Assembly (NCBI GenBank): GCA_045533905.1
Contig: JAZSIR010000011.1
Coordinates: 1 to 64,000 of the forward strand
Direction of reading: 5' to 3'
Source: Clostridia bacterium
GTDB lineage: Bacteria; Bacillota; Clostridia; UMGS1883; UMGS1540
DNA: 64,000 bases
Shown here one piece after another: positions 8,939-18,053 of this stretch. The position numbers and the translations under genes were made by a program. The notes under the pieces were generated by a model. The model did not search any database and had not been told where the DNA came from. It saw only the letters and a program-made list of their open reading frames with translations. The stretch's first letter is position 1. Each line of letters starts with the position of its first letter.

Positions 8939-10297
8939 CTACTTCAGTATATCACTGACATCCCTAAAGCCTTCCTTTAAAGTAACTACCACGACGGAAT
9001 CGCCCTCTAAAATCATATCCTGCCCACGCGGGATAATAAGCTTTCCGTTTCGGGTAATGCAGGCAATCAGAATATTCTCCTTCAGGTTTAAGTCTTCCAG
9101 TTTGACATTGGAAATCGGCGAGTTTTCGCGGATTCTGAATTCCAGCGCCTCTGCCTTACCGCCTAAAATGTAGTGAAGCGTTTCGATGTTACTGCCCATG
9201 GAGTTTTCGAGGGCTCTTACAAAACGCACGATATATTCTGTGGTGATGGTTTTCGGATAAATGATTGTGCCGAGCTGCAGATCTCCTATAACCTTGCCAT
9301 ACTCAATTCTGTTAATTTTGGTAACAATTTTTGCATCCGTTTTGCTCTTGGCATACAGAGAGAGCAGAACATTTTCCTCGTCAATATTGGTGAGAGACAC
9401 AAAGGAATCGAAGCGGTCAAGTCCCTCTTCCATCAAAAGTTTATTATCTGTCCCGTCTCCATGCGTGATCGTTGCCTTCGGCAGCAGCTGGAAAAGTTCC
9501 TCGCAACGCGCAGCGTCTCTTTCGATAATTTTCACATGAATGCCGCGTTCAAGAAGCTGACTTGCGAGATAATACGCCGTATCCCCGCCGCCGACCACGA
9601 GCGCATCGCGCACGCGGTTTGTATGAATGCCAATCGTTTTAAAGAACGTACCGGCCTCTCCAATCGGCGCTACAATACTTAAATAGTCACCCGCTTTAAT
9701 CTCAAACGTACCGGAAGGAATAAAGGCTTCTTCCCCGCGTTCTACGCCGCAAACGAGGATATAACTTTTGAGCTTTGCGGCAATATCCATAACGCGCATA
9801 TCCGCAAGCGGACTTCCTTCTTCCACCAAAAACTTTAAGATTTCCACACGGCCTTTTGCAAACGTATCAATTTGTATGGCGGACGGAAAACGAAGGGCAC
9901 GTGCAATTTCGTTTGCCGCCGTGTGTTCGGGATTTATAACCATGGCAAGCCCAAGGTCATCTTTGATACGGTGAATGGATTTAAAATACTCCGGCTTTCT
10001 GACGCGTGCAATCGTCTGGCAATTGCCGAATTTCTTCGCCATGAGGCAAATCATGAGATTCAGCTCATCTGAACCTGCCACCGCGATTACAACGTCGGCT
10101 GCGGCAATGCCGGCTTCGGAGAGGACATCGGCATCAACGCCGCTGCCTACAACACCCATAACATCATATTCATTTACCATTTCCGATACAACATGCGCAT
10201 CGGTATCAATGAGCGTAATGTCATGTTCCTGTTCTTTGGAAAGCTGCTCAATAAGTTTATGGCCTACCTTGCCGCACCCCACAATAATAATATTCAT
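8939..10297 (-). CDS. trkA: Trk K+ uptake regulatory subunit
   Basis: Two RCK/Rossmann repeats (GCGKVG, GGGDTA); in an operon with trkH. Confidence 0.95.
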   Translation of the reverse strand: MNIIIVGCGKVGHKLIEQLSKEQEHDITLIDTDAHVVSEMVNEYDVMGVVGSGVDADVLSEAGIAAADVVIAVAGSDELNLMICLMAKKFGNCQTIARVRKPEYFKSIHRIKDDLGLAMVINPEHTAANEIARALRFPSAIQIDTFAKGRVEILKFLVEEGSPLADMRVMDIAAKLKSYILVCGVERGEEAFIPSGTFEIKAGDYLSIVAPIGEAGTFFKTIGIHTNRVRDALVVGGGDTAYYLASQLLERGIHVKIIERDAARCEELFQLLPKATITHGDGTDNKLLMEEGLDRFDSFVSLTNIDEENVLLSLYAKSKTDAKIVTKINRIEYGKVIGDLQLGTIIYPKTITTEYIVRFVRALENSMGSNIETLHYILGGKAEALEFRIRENSPISNVKLEDLNLKENILIACITRNGKLIIPRGQDMILEGDSVVVVTLKEGFRDVSDILK

Positions 10298-10374
10298 AAA
10301 AAGACCTCTGTTTCTATCTTTCTGCCTGCAAAGTATATGGGAAACGCATCTTTCGTTTGCCTTCAGATGCTTTC

Positions 10375-10404
10375 ATTATAATCGAAATCTACCCGAAATG
10401 TCAA
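10375..10404 (-). promoter_or_regulatory. SigA promoter of trkAH
   Basis: Minus strand TTGACA (10399-10404), 18 bp, TATAAT (10375-10380). Confidence 0.65.
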
Positions 10405-10424
10405 TATTTTCACGCCACAAATCG

Positions 10425-10460
10425 AAAAAGACAAGACACATACGTGTCTTGTCTTTTTTT
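10425..10460. terminator. Intrinsic terminator downstream of the ROK gene
   Basis: AAAAAGACAAGACAC-atac-GTGTCTTGTCTTTTT. Confidence 0.85.
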
Positions 10461-10467
10461 CGTATTC

Positions 10468-11835
10468 TTATTTTATGCGCGGAAGGCTTGCAGCAGCTAC
10501 GGACTGACCGACACGTCTTGCCTTTTCGTCCGGAATATGCAAGGTAATCTTCTTCGAAAGCGCGGGGAATTCGGCAGCCAGCACTTCGTTTGCCTTTGAG
10601 AGAAGAATCGCGCCGCCCTCGCCGCTTGTAACACGGCCCATAATGAGAACATGCTTAATATCATAGAACATCGCGTAGTAAGCAATTGTGTAGCCGAAAT
10701 AGGTACCCATTGTTTCATAGATATCAGCCGCACGGCTGTCGCCCTTTTCCATAAGGCCCTGTACAACCTTCAGCTTTTCAGCCGGAGAAAGGCTCTCTTC
10801 GAGTGCAATGCCTGCCGCCGGTGCAAGCTTAATGACAGCATCCTGCGAGAAGTATTTAACGCCGCAGCCATAGTCGCCGCTCCATTCGTCTACCATCGCA
10901 TCGCGGTTGTAATCCACCGGTACGAAAGCGAGTTCGTTGAGCCAGCCGGTGATATTGCCGTCAGCATCCACATAGCCGGCGGCTTCACTTGTACCCATAG
11001 CAATGCCTAAAACGTTATTGTCTTCAAGGCTCATAGCGCCTGCAAGTGCCGTAACGTCACCGTCATTGGCAACTTCGAGCGGCACATTGCCGATTTCGCG
11101 GGCCACATCGATATACATATTCTTTACATGCTTCTGAAAATCTTCGTCCGAAACCTTGATAAAGAGAGAAGCGGACATAATTTTATTATCTACATATACA
11201 CCTGCAGAAGAAACACCGATAGCATCTACGCGCGGCATATGGGAAGCAGCCGTTTTCATAGCGCTGAGGATTCCGTCATAGTGGTACTTCGGGTCATCCT
11301 GGAGCTTGGGGAACCATACAACTTCTTCCGAGTATACGGTTTCGCCGTTTACAACTGCGGAAACCTTTCTGTCGCTTCCGCCGGCGTCAAAACCGATGCG
11401 GCAGCCATCAAGATGTCTGCCAACCGGGAAAGAAGTGTCATTCTCCTTCGGGGCATCCTCGAGTTTTTCTACATACACAACTTCAAACGGCTTTTCATAG
11501 ATGCGGGGCATGAATTTGAAATCAAATTCTCTCGCTCCGCCCTCTCTGTAAGCATCTGCAAGGCGTATGTAAATTTCCTTGGAGCCTGCAATATATACCT
11601 TGTAGCCACCCTTAAGCCAGAGAAGGGTCTTTACAATTCTTTCTACGATACCGTAGTTTTCTTCGTCGTGCCCCGTGCCATCTTTGTAAACGGACATCTT
11701 ATGCACAGACATAAGACCGCCGTTTCTTTCAAGACAAATCGCAATTTCTTGATTTTCTGCCTTGGCAACGCTTTGATTGAATTCTTCAATCACCTTTACC
11801 ATAGGCATAAATTTCGGATCCAGCTTCGCTATCAT
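10468..11835 (-). CDS. ROK-family sugar kinase-like protein with N-terminal extension
   Basis: IGFDAGGS, IGVSSAG, ANDGDVTALAG, GIAMGTS, ELAF; cotranscribed with nagA. Confidence 0.75.
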   Translation of the reverse strand: MIAKLDPKFMPMVKVIEEFNQSVAKAENQEIAICLERNGGLMSVHKMSVYKDGTGHDEENYGIVERIVKTLLWLKGGYKVYIAGSKEIYIRLADAYREGGAREFDFKFMPRIYEKPFEVVYVEKLEDAPKENDTSFPVGRHLDGCRIGFDAGGSDRKVSAVVNGETVYSEEVVWFPKLQDDPKYHYDGILSAMKTAASHMPRVDAIGVSSAGVYVDNKIMSASLFIKVSDEDFQKHVKNMYIDVAREIGNVPLEVANDGDVTALAGAMSLEDNNVLGIAMGTSEAAGYVDADGNITGWLNELAFVPVDYNRDAMVDEWSGDYGCGVKYFSQDAVIKLAPAAGIALEESLSPAEKLKVVQGLMEKGDSRAADIYETMGTYFGYTIAYYAMFYDIKHVLIMGRVTSGEGGAILLSKANEVLAAEFPALSKKITLHIPDEKARRVGQSVAAASLPRIK

Positions 11836-11839
11836 TTTC

Positions 11840-12985
11840 TCATTCTCCTTTATATCGAATTTCGCCGCCGAGTATCGTCATCGAAACGGCAAAGGTTTCA
11901 TCTGCAAGTATAATGTCTGCACGCTTTCCTTCTTCGAGCGAGCCGATTTCATCCGCTACGCCGAGTGCCTTTGCAGGGTTTAAGGATGCACATGCTACTG
12001 CTTTATAAAGCGGCAGGTTTGTGTTTTTATAGAAGTTATATACCGCTTCGCAGAGCTTTAGAACGCTTCCGGCAATTGTGCCGTCGGGCATAAGGCACTG
12101 AATGCCTTCTTTATGAAGCGGCTGCCCGCCGAGTGTGTAATCGCCGTCCGGCATGCCGCCGGCGCGGATGCAGTCCGTAATTAAACAAAGCTTATCGCCT
12201 TTGAGCTTTGCAATGATGCCGAAAATGCCGCGGTCTACATGGAAAGTGTCTGCAATAAGCTCGGCACTTACTTCTTCCGAGGAAAGCGAGGCGCCTGCAA
12301 CGCCGGGGCTTCTGTGCGAAAGAATCGACATGGCGTTGAAAAGGTGCGTTGTGTGGCGCACGCCTTTTTCGATGCCGAGGAGTGCTTCTTCGTACTTTGC
12401 ATTTGTGTGGCCCATCGAAACTAAAACATCCGTATCGCGCGTCACTTCTTCTATACATTCGAGCGCACCCTCTACTTCGGGTGCTACGGTAAATACCTTT
12501 ACAATGTCTTTATGCTTTTTGATAAACGCCGCATCCGGCTTTAAAATATGTTCTTCTGCCTGTGCGCCTTTTTTTGCGGCATTGATAAACGGGCCTTCAC
12601 TGTTTACGCCCAAAATTCTCGCGCCGTAATATTCGTCGCTTTCTTTTACTTCGCGAATCGAGTCGAACGCCTTCTCAATTTCGGCTTTGGAGACCGTCAT
12701 CGTCGTCGGGCACCATGCCGTAACGCCATTTTCGATAATGCCTTCCGCCATTTTGCGGATGCCTTCGGCATCGCCGTCAGACGCGTCTGCCCCGAGATAG
12801 CCGTGGATATGCATATCCACAAGACCGGGTGCTACATATTTCCCCGCAGCATCGATCACCTCGTATGCAGAGAGATCAATTTCGGCCTGCGGAACGATTT
12901 TCTGGATTTTGTCATCAAAAATGATGGCCATATTTTCGCGGATTGCATCGCACAAAACGAGCTTTCCGTTTATGATACATTTCAT
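11840..12985 (-). CDS. nagA: N-acetylglucosamine-6-phosphate deacetylase
   Basis: PGLVDMHIHG, PTT, SEGPF, TVAPE, GHT, THLFNAM, IAD.FHV, IAGS. Confidence 0.93.
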   Translation of the reverse strand: MKCIINGKLVLCDAIRENMAIIFDDKIQKIVPQAEIDLSAYEVIDAAGKYVAPGLVDMHIHGYLGADASDGDAEGIRKMAEGIIENGVTAWCPTTMTVSKAEIEKAFDSIREVKESDEYYGARILGVNSEGPFINAAKKGAQAEEHILKPDAAFIKKHKDIVKVFTVAPEVEGALECIEEVTRDTDVLVSMGHTNAKYEEALLGIEKGVRHTTHLFNAMSILSHRSPGVAGASLSSEEVSAELIADTFHVDRGIFGIIAKLKGDKLCLITDCIRAGGMPDGDYTLGGQPLHKEGIQCLMPDGTIAGSVLKLCEAVYNFYKNTNLPLYKAVACASLNPAKALGVADEIGSLEEGKRADIILADETFAVSMTILGGEIRYKGE

Positions 12986-13074
12986 ACCTTTCCCCCTTCC
13001 AAAATTCTGTATCTATGATACCACAATCCCCCAAAAAATGCAATATTTTTTTGGGGGAAAATATACAGATTTTT

Positions 13075-13815
13075 CTATTTTTTGTGGAGCCTTCTGCAGT
13101 ACTGCGTGCAGAGCTTATCCGTGCATTCCGAACACCGAAGTGCCATATTGCTGTTTTCCCAGAAACGCTCGGGATAGGTGAACACGCACACCTCCCATAC
13201 GAGCCATATGAGGAGGGCAAACAGAAAGAGCGACAGCGTGAAAAACCCGCATACAAACACAAACGGCGAGAACATCATAAGATGGTCCCAATTGAAAATG
13301 CGGCAAGTGGTGCAGCATTTGTTTTTCATAATCAGACGGAAAGGGCACCAGATGAGAACACAGATAAGGTCACACACATAAAAGAAAACGGCGATGAGAA
13401 AAAGATGTGCCTTTTCCAGTATCCCCGCAAAATACAAAGCGCCGATGATGGCTGTGAGGGAAACCCAGACCACCATTACCTTATAGGCCGCAGCCGTGGT
13501 GTCTTTCACATATTTTTTCAGACTTTCTGCGCTTATCTTTTCTTTAATCGGACGAAAAAGCGAGGAAAACTGCTTTTGTGACCCGATGGAAATGTGTGCG
13601 CGCACAGGGATAAGCTGAAACAGCATATCGAGCATCCAGAGCCCCCAGAAAATATGCAGCGGCGAAAATTCCGAAAAGAAGCGGCACCCTGAAAGCACGG
13701 AAAAAGCCGCCTTGTCATATGCATAAAGTGCCAGCGCGAACAAAAGCAGCAGGATGCGCGCCCAAAGCTTTGCAAAATATATTTTTCTGGTTTTGGATAT
13801 TCTCTCTCTTTTCAT
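13075..13815 (-). CDS. Hypothetical Cys-rich polytopic membrane protein
   Basis: About 6 hydrophobic segments; CDLIC...WCPF, KCCTTCRIFNWDH and CSECTDKLC motifs. Start MKRER follows a GGTGG RBS. Confidence 0.7.
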   Translation of the reverse strand: MKRERISKTRKIYFAKLWARILLLLFALALYAYDKAAFSVLSGCRFFSEFSPLHIFWGLWMLDMLFQLIPVRAHISIGSQKQFSSLFRPIKEKISAESLKKYVKDTTAAAYKVMVVWVSLTAIIGALYFAGILEKAHLFLIAVFFYVCDLICVLIWCPFRLIMKNKCCTTCRIFNWDHLMMFSPFVFVCGFFTLSLFLFALLIWLVWEVCVFTYPERFWENSNMALRCSECTDKLCTQYCRRLHKK

Positions 13816-13831
13816 AGGCCCACCTTTCATT

Positions 13832-14812
13832 TTATGCCATCGTTTTAAGCATTTCGGCGGTAACCGCGTACCGAAGCGGCTCGTCTGCAAGATACCGCTG
13901 CGCCTCCTCCAGCATATATTCTCCCATTCGGAAACATTCATTTCCCAAAGAGCCGGCAATGTGCGGCGTTAAAAATATATTGTCCATTGTAAGGAGCGGA
14001 GAATCTTCCTTCGGCGGCTCCTCCCGCGTTACATCGAGAACTGCCGCACGGGTAGGCACTTCGGAAAGCGCCCGGACAAGATCCTCCTCCACCACCTGCG
14101 CGCCGCGGCCGGTATTTACAAATACCGCGTTTTCCTGCATCTTGGAGAAAAGCGCATAGTCTAAAATCCCCTCTGTTTCGGGAAGGTTGGCCATATGGTT
14201 GGAAATCGTCCGGCAGGTTTCAAATATAGTTTCAAGAGATGCAAGGCAAACACCGAGCGCGGCCGCCTTCTCAGCGGAGCAAAACGGATCATACGCCAAA
14301 ACGCGGATGCGGTGCTCCCGAAGCTGTGTGGCAACACCCGCGCCAATGGCGCCGAGGCCGAGAAGGCCGACCGGGGTATCAAAGTTCCCGGGGAACTTCC
14401 CTGCGCCTTCATTTGTCCGAGATTTCTTATAGGTATGGAGGCTTCCGAAAAAGCCCTTATTGGCAAGAAGAATTTCAGCTACCGAAAACTCAATTACAGG
14501 CACGCTGTTTGCCTGCCACGCGCTGACAACCGAAACGCCGCAGCTTAAAAACGGCCGTGCAAACGCCTGCACGCTCCCCGCACCGTAAAATATGACTTTC
14601 AGGCGCGGAAAAAGTGTGCGGATTTCTTCCTCTGTCATTTTCGGCATACCCCAAGTGGAGAAAAGACATTCCACATCCGGAATTTCCTTTGCCGTCTCCG
14701 GAGAATATACGCCTTCATAAAAATCAAACATTTCAAAAAGCGTACGGATCGTTTCTTCCGAGTAAACGGCATACATATTTTTTTCGCGGGTTCCAAAAAA
14801 GGCGGCTTTCAT
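13832..14812 (-). CDS. D-isomer-specific 2-hydroxyacid dehydrogenase
   Basis: GLGAIG, YDP, NTGRG, LDV..EP, TPHIAGS. Confidence 0.9.
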   Translation of the reverse strand: MKAAFFGTREKNMYAVYSEETIRTLFEMFDFYEGVYSPETAKEIPDVECLFSTWGMPKMTEEEIRTLFPRLKVIFYGAGSVQAFARPFLSCGVSVVSAWQANSVPVIEFSVAEILLANKGFFGSLHTYKKSRTNEGAGKFPGNFDTPVGLLGLGAIGAGVATQLREHRIRVLAYDPFCSAEKAAALGVCLASLETIFETCRTISNHMANLPETEGILDYALFSKMQENAVFVNTGRGAQVVEEDLVRALSEVPTRAAVLDVTREEPPKEDSPLLTMDNIFLTPHIAGSLGNECFRMGEYMLEEAQRYLADEPLRYAVTAEMLKTMA

Positions 14813-15561
14813 TTCTGTATCTCCTTTGCAAGTTCAAAAAGCGTTTTTGCTTCCTCTGCAAGCATTGTAACATCGTCATCCGGCACAAATTCCAGAAGTA
14901 TTGGAATCGTGCGGCCGGAAAGCGCACGTAAAAATGCACGTATGTACTCCGCCCCTTCGGAAAGCGGGCGGCGTATTTCGTGGTTTTCCCAGTAAAAAAG
15001 ATGTACAATCGAAACAAAATCCAAAACCTGCCGCAAATCTTCTACATTCTCCGAAAGTGTGCGCCCGTAAAACGGTTGCCAGTAGAGGCGGCAATTTTCC
15101 ATATTCACTTCTTTTATAAGTCGCACAGCACTTTCCGCCGTATCGGTGAGCGTTCGCGGATGGTACTCAAAGCATACTGTCTTCCCCGCTTCCTTCGCTG
15201 CGCGGCAAACGGCGCGTGCCTCCCGGATGAGCGCGGCGCGTTCTTCTTCTGTTACATCCTGCGCGCCTTTTTTGCCCGCCCATATCCGCAAAATGGGCGC
15301 GCCAAGTGCCTTCGCCGCCGCAAGATACGGCGCAAAGTCCTGCCCTTCTCCGAGCGTATAATATGTGCCGTAGGAAGAGACGGAAAGCCCTGCCGCGCGC
15401 GTCTCCATCGCGACCTTTTCGGCTGTCTTGGGATCCTTTTCCGAAGTGTGCACATCGCTCCCCCATTCGATAGTGGTGAGCCCTGCCGCTTTTGCGGCCT
15501 CTATAATTTCTATGGGCGAAAGCTTTCTAAATGTGACCGAAACTAAACCAAATTCTTGCAT
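14809..15561 (-). CDS. Sugar phosphate isomerase/epimerase (xylose-isomerase-like TIM barrel)
   Basis: GLVSVTFR, IEWG.D.H, SYGTYY, RIWAG, FEYH..TL, LLEF; TTG start; stop overlaps the next start. Confidence 0.8.
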   Translation of the reverse strand: MQEFGLVSVTFRKLSPIEIIEAAKAAGLTTIEWGSDVHTSEKDPKTAEKVAMETRAAGLSVSSYGTYYTLGEGQDFAPYLAAAKALGAPILRIWAGKKGAQDVTEEERAALIREARAVCRAAKEAGKTVCFEYHPRTLTDTAESAVRLIKEVNMENCRLYWQPFYGRTLSENVEDLRQVLDFVSIVHLFYWENHEIRRPLSEGAEYIRAFLRALSGRTIPILLEFVPDDDVTMLAEEAKTLFELAKEIQK

Positions 15562-15678
15562 TGTCTATTTCTCCATTTGACAAATTGCCTTTATGCACCG
15601 CAAGGTATACGTGGCATCTTTATTGCAACCACATTATACCACACCCCATCCCCTTTTGCAATTCTTTTCCTTGAAAAC

Positions 15679-15708
15679 AAAAGACAACCCCGAGAGAGGT
15701 TGTCTTTT
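15679..15708 (-). terminator. Intrinsic terminator of putP
   Basis: AAAAGACAACC...GGTTGTCTTTT hairpin. Confidence 0.8.
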
Positions 15709-15720
15709 ATACTACCGGAA

Positions 15721-17265
15721 TTAGTCGTCAATTGTATTGTCCGTTGCTTTTTCGAAAATTGCTTCCACTTCCCTCGAAGGTGCTTTATCGATGAGGGTAA
15801 CCAAAATGGCTGCCGCGGCACCAAGAATAAAGCCGGGGATAATTTCGTAAATTCCCGTTATGGCGGTCAGCGTAAGTCCGCCGGAAACCGGGAGCCACAG
15901 CCACAGCATATCTACTGCCGCGCCGACCAAAATACCTGCTACTGCGCCTTTATATGTAAATCTCTTCCAAAACAGAGATAACAACACCGCAGGACCGAAT
16001 GCCGCGCCGAAGATACCCCATGCGTTGGATACGAGATCCATAATGGCCTGTGCCGCTTTTCCTTTACTGCTTGCAATAAAGAAGGCAATAACTGCAATCA
16101 CCAAAACAACGAGACGGCTTACCCAAAGCATTTCCTTGTTGCTTGCATTTTTTCGGATAATCGGCTTATACAAGTCGCTTGCAAAGGAAGATGCCGCAAC
16201 CAGAAGCTGCGAGTCTGCGGTAGACATACTTGCCGCAATAATAGCCGCAAGCAAAATGCCTGCAATAAATGCCGGGAATACATCACGCGCCAGTTCCACA
16301 AATATCAAGGACTGCTTGCCTTCTGCCAGAAGAACAGCCGAAAGGTCAGTACCGTTCGAATATACGAACATTCTGCCGAGGTATGCAATTACAATAGTGG
16401 CCGCCAAAGACAGCACTACCCAGATAATGGCTACCGTTGCAGATTTTTTCACCATAGAAGGCTTTTCAATTGCCATAAAACGAACGATGATGTGCGGCAT
16501 ACCAAAGTAGCCAAGACCCCATCCGAGACCGGACAGGATATCCTTCCAGCTTGCATTGAAGAAGTTTGCAACGAACTGGAACTGTTCACCATTAGGCCCT
16601 GCATAAACGGTTGTCAGCGCCGCAGGCTCCAATTCTCTTGTAAAGCCTACAACAATAGGAACGACGAGCAGCGCACCCAGCATCAAAAGACCCTGGAAAA
16701 AGTCCGTCCAACATACGGCATTAAAGCCGCCAAGGAAGGTGTACACAACAACAATCGCTGCAAAAATCAGCATTGCAGTTGTTCTGGAGAGTGCCGGAAC
16801 AAGTGTTGTGAACACATCAGCACCTGCAACGAATGCGGATGCAACGTAGATGGTGAAGCACACTAAAAATACAGCCGCACAGATGATGCTTACCGTATGG
16901 CTCTTGGATGCAAAACGATTAGACAGATACTGCGGAAGCGTAATCGCATCGCCGGAAGCTTTGGAGAACTTGCGAAGTCTTTTCGCAACCAAAATCCAGT
17001 TTGCTGCCGTACCGATTGCAAGACCGATACCAATCCACGCCTGACCGAAGCCAAAAGCTAAGATGCTACCGGGAAGACCCATAAGAAGCCATGCGCTCAT
17101 GTCGGATGCCTGTGCGCTCATTGCCGTTACCCAGGGGCCCATAGATCTGCCGCCTAAAAAATAATCCTTTTCTGTAACAGCTTTCGATTTAACGAAGAAG
17201 AAAAGGCCGATGGCAATCATTGCCACAAAATACAGTACAAATGCAAAAATATCCATTTCTTTCAT
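15721..17265 (-). CDS. putP: Sodium/proline symporter (SSS family)
   Basis: DYFLGGR, SAQASDMS.WLLMGLPG, WTDFFQG, WGLGYFGMPHI..RFM, MSTADSQLL. Confidence 0.92.
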   Translation of the reverse strand: MKEMDIFAFVLYFVAMIAIGLFFFVKSKAVTEKDYFLGGRSMGPWVTAMSAQASDMSAWLLMGLPGSILAFGFGQAWIGIGLAIGTAANWILVAKRLRKFSKASGDAITLPQYLSNRFASKSHTVSIICAAVFLVCFTIYVASAFVAGADVFTTLVPALSRTTAMLIFAAIVVVYTFLGGFNAVCWTDFFQGLLMLGALLVVPIVVGFTRELEPAALTTVYAGPNGEQFQFVANFFNASWKDILSGLGWGLGYFGMPHIIVRFMAIEKPSMVKKSATVAIIWVVLSLAATIVIAYLGRMFVYSNGTDLSAVLLAEGKQSLIFVELARDVFPAFIAGILLAAIIAASMSTADSQLLVAASSFASDLYKPIIRKNASNKEMLWVSRLVVLVIAVIAFFIASSKGKAAQAIMDLVSNAWGIFGAAFGPAVLLSLFWKRFTYKGAVAGILVGAAVDMLWLWLPVSGGLTLTAITGIYEIIPGFILGAAAAILVTLIDKAPSREVEAIFEKATDNTIDD

Positions 17266-17300
17266 TACTCCTTTTGCCCTCAAATTTACTGTTCTGTGCC

Positions 17301-17368
17301 ATTATACCACACTTTTTTATAGAACGCAATACAGAACGAAGTACAGAATTCATTCTGTACTTCGTTCT
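17301..17368 (-). promoter_or_regulatory. putP promoter with upstream 36-bp palindrome
   Basis: Minus strand TTGCGT (17324-17329), 17 bp, TGgTATAAT (hexamer 17301-17306). Palindrome AGAACGAAGTACAGAAT-tc-ATTCTGTACTTCGTTCT at 17333-17368. Confidence 0.6.
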
Positions 17369-17444
17369 TATATTTTTTATATTTTTCGCATTTTTTCGCT
17401 GTTTTTATGCCGTACTTTTTTCGATACAAAAAGTAGTAATAAAA

Positions 17445-18032
17445 TTAATTCTTAAATTTTTCTAAAAATTTCGGGAACATATCTGCCGCGTACTTGGTGA
17501 GAGAATAGTCGCCATTAGAGAGGCACCAGTCATACAAAAAGGCACGCTCGAGCATAGCATACACACGAACGAGCTCGTTGACGGAACGGTCCTTCGTGAT
17601 CTCTCCCCTTTGTTGCCCTTCCGAAAAAATGCTGCGAAGGAGCTTATAATAAATGCGGTTATGGTCGAGAAGATGCTTTTCTGCCTTTGTAGTAAGCTGC
17701 GACGAATAGAGCTTTGCAAGAAGGTCGAGCGAGATGCTGTTTTCGATCATCAGAAACAGCTCGCGGTTCAAGTACATCAGCTTATCAAAGCTATGCATAT
17801 GGGGGTTTATCTTCTCCCGAAGCTCCTCATACTTTTCGTCAAACATATAGGAAAGGGAACTGAGAAGTGCATCCTTCCCCGCAAAATAATGATAGAAGGA
17901 GCCCTTGGAGGTGCCCGACTCGTCTATAATCTCTTCAATGGTGGTATCATCATAGCCCTGCTCGTAGAAAAGCCTCCACGCCGCAACGATGATTTTACCC
18001 TTTGTGTTTCTGCCTGTTTTTTTGGCCATCAC
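17445..18032 (-). CDS. TetR/AcrR family transcriptional regulator
   Basis: LF.EQGY..TTIEEI...SGTSKGSFYHYF..KD.LL helix-turn-helix. Confidence 0.92.
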   Translation of the reverse strand: MMAKKTGRNTKGKIIVAAWRLFYEQGYDDTTIEEIIDESGTSKGSFYHYFAGKDALLSSLSYMFDEKYEELREKINPHMHSFDKLMYLNRELFLMIENSISLDLLAKLYSSQLTTKAEKHLLDHNRIYYKLLRSIFSEGQQRGEITKDRSVNELVRVYAMLERAFLYDWCLSNGDYSLTKYAADMFPKFLEKFKN

Positions 18033-18053
18033 TTTCTTCTCCGTTCCTTTTGG

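Noticed and set aside
10298-10375. c-di-AMP riboswitch upstream of trkA
   Set aside because: The leader is ~70 nt with only a small GCATCT/AGATGC hairpin and no ydaO consensus.
17321-17368. LexA (SOS) boxes or CRISPR-like repeats in the putP upstream region
   Set aside because: Spacing is GAAC-N3-GTAC rather than GAAC-N4-GTTC, and there are no spacers or cas genes.
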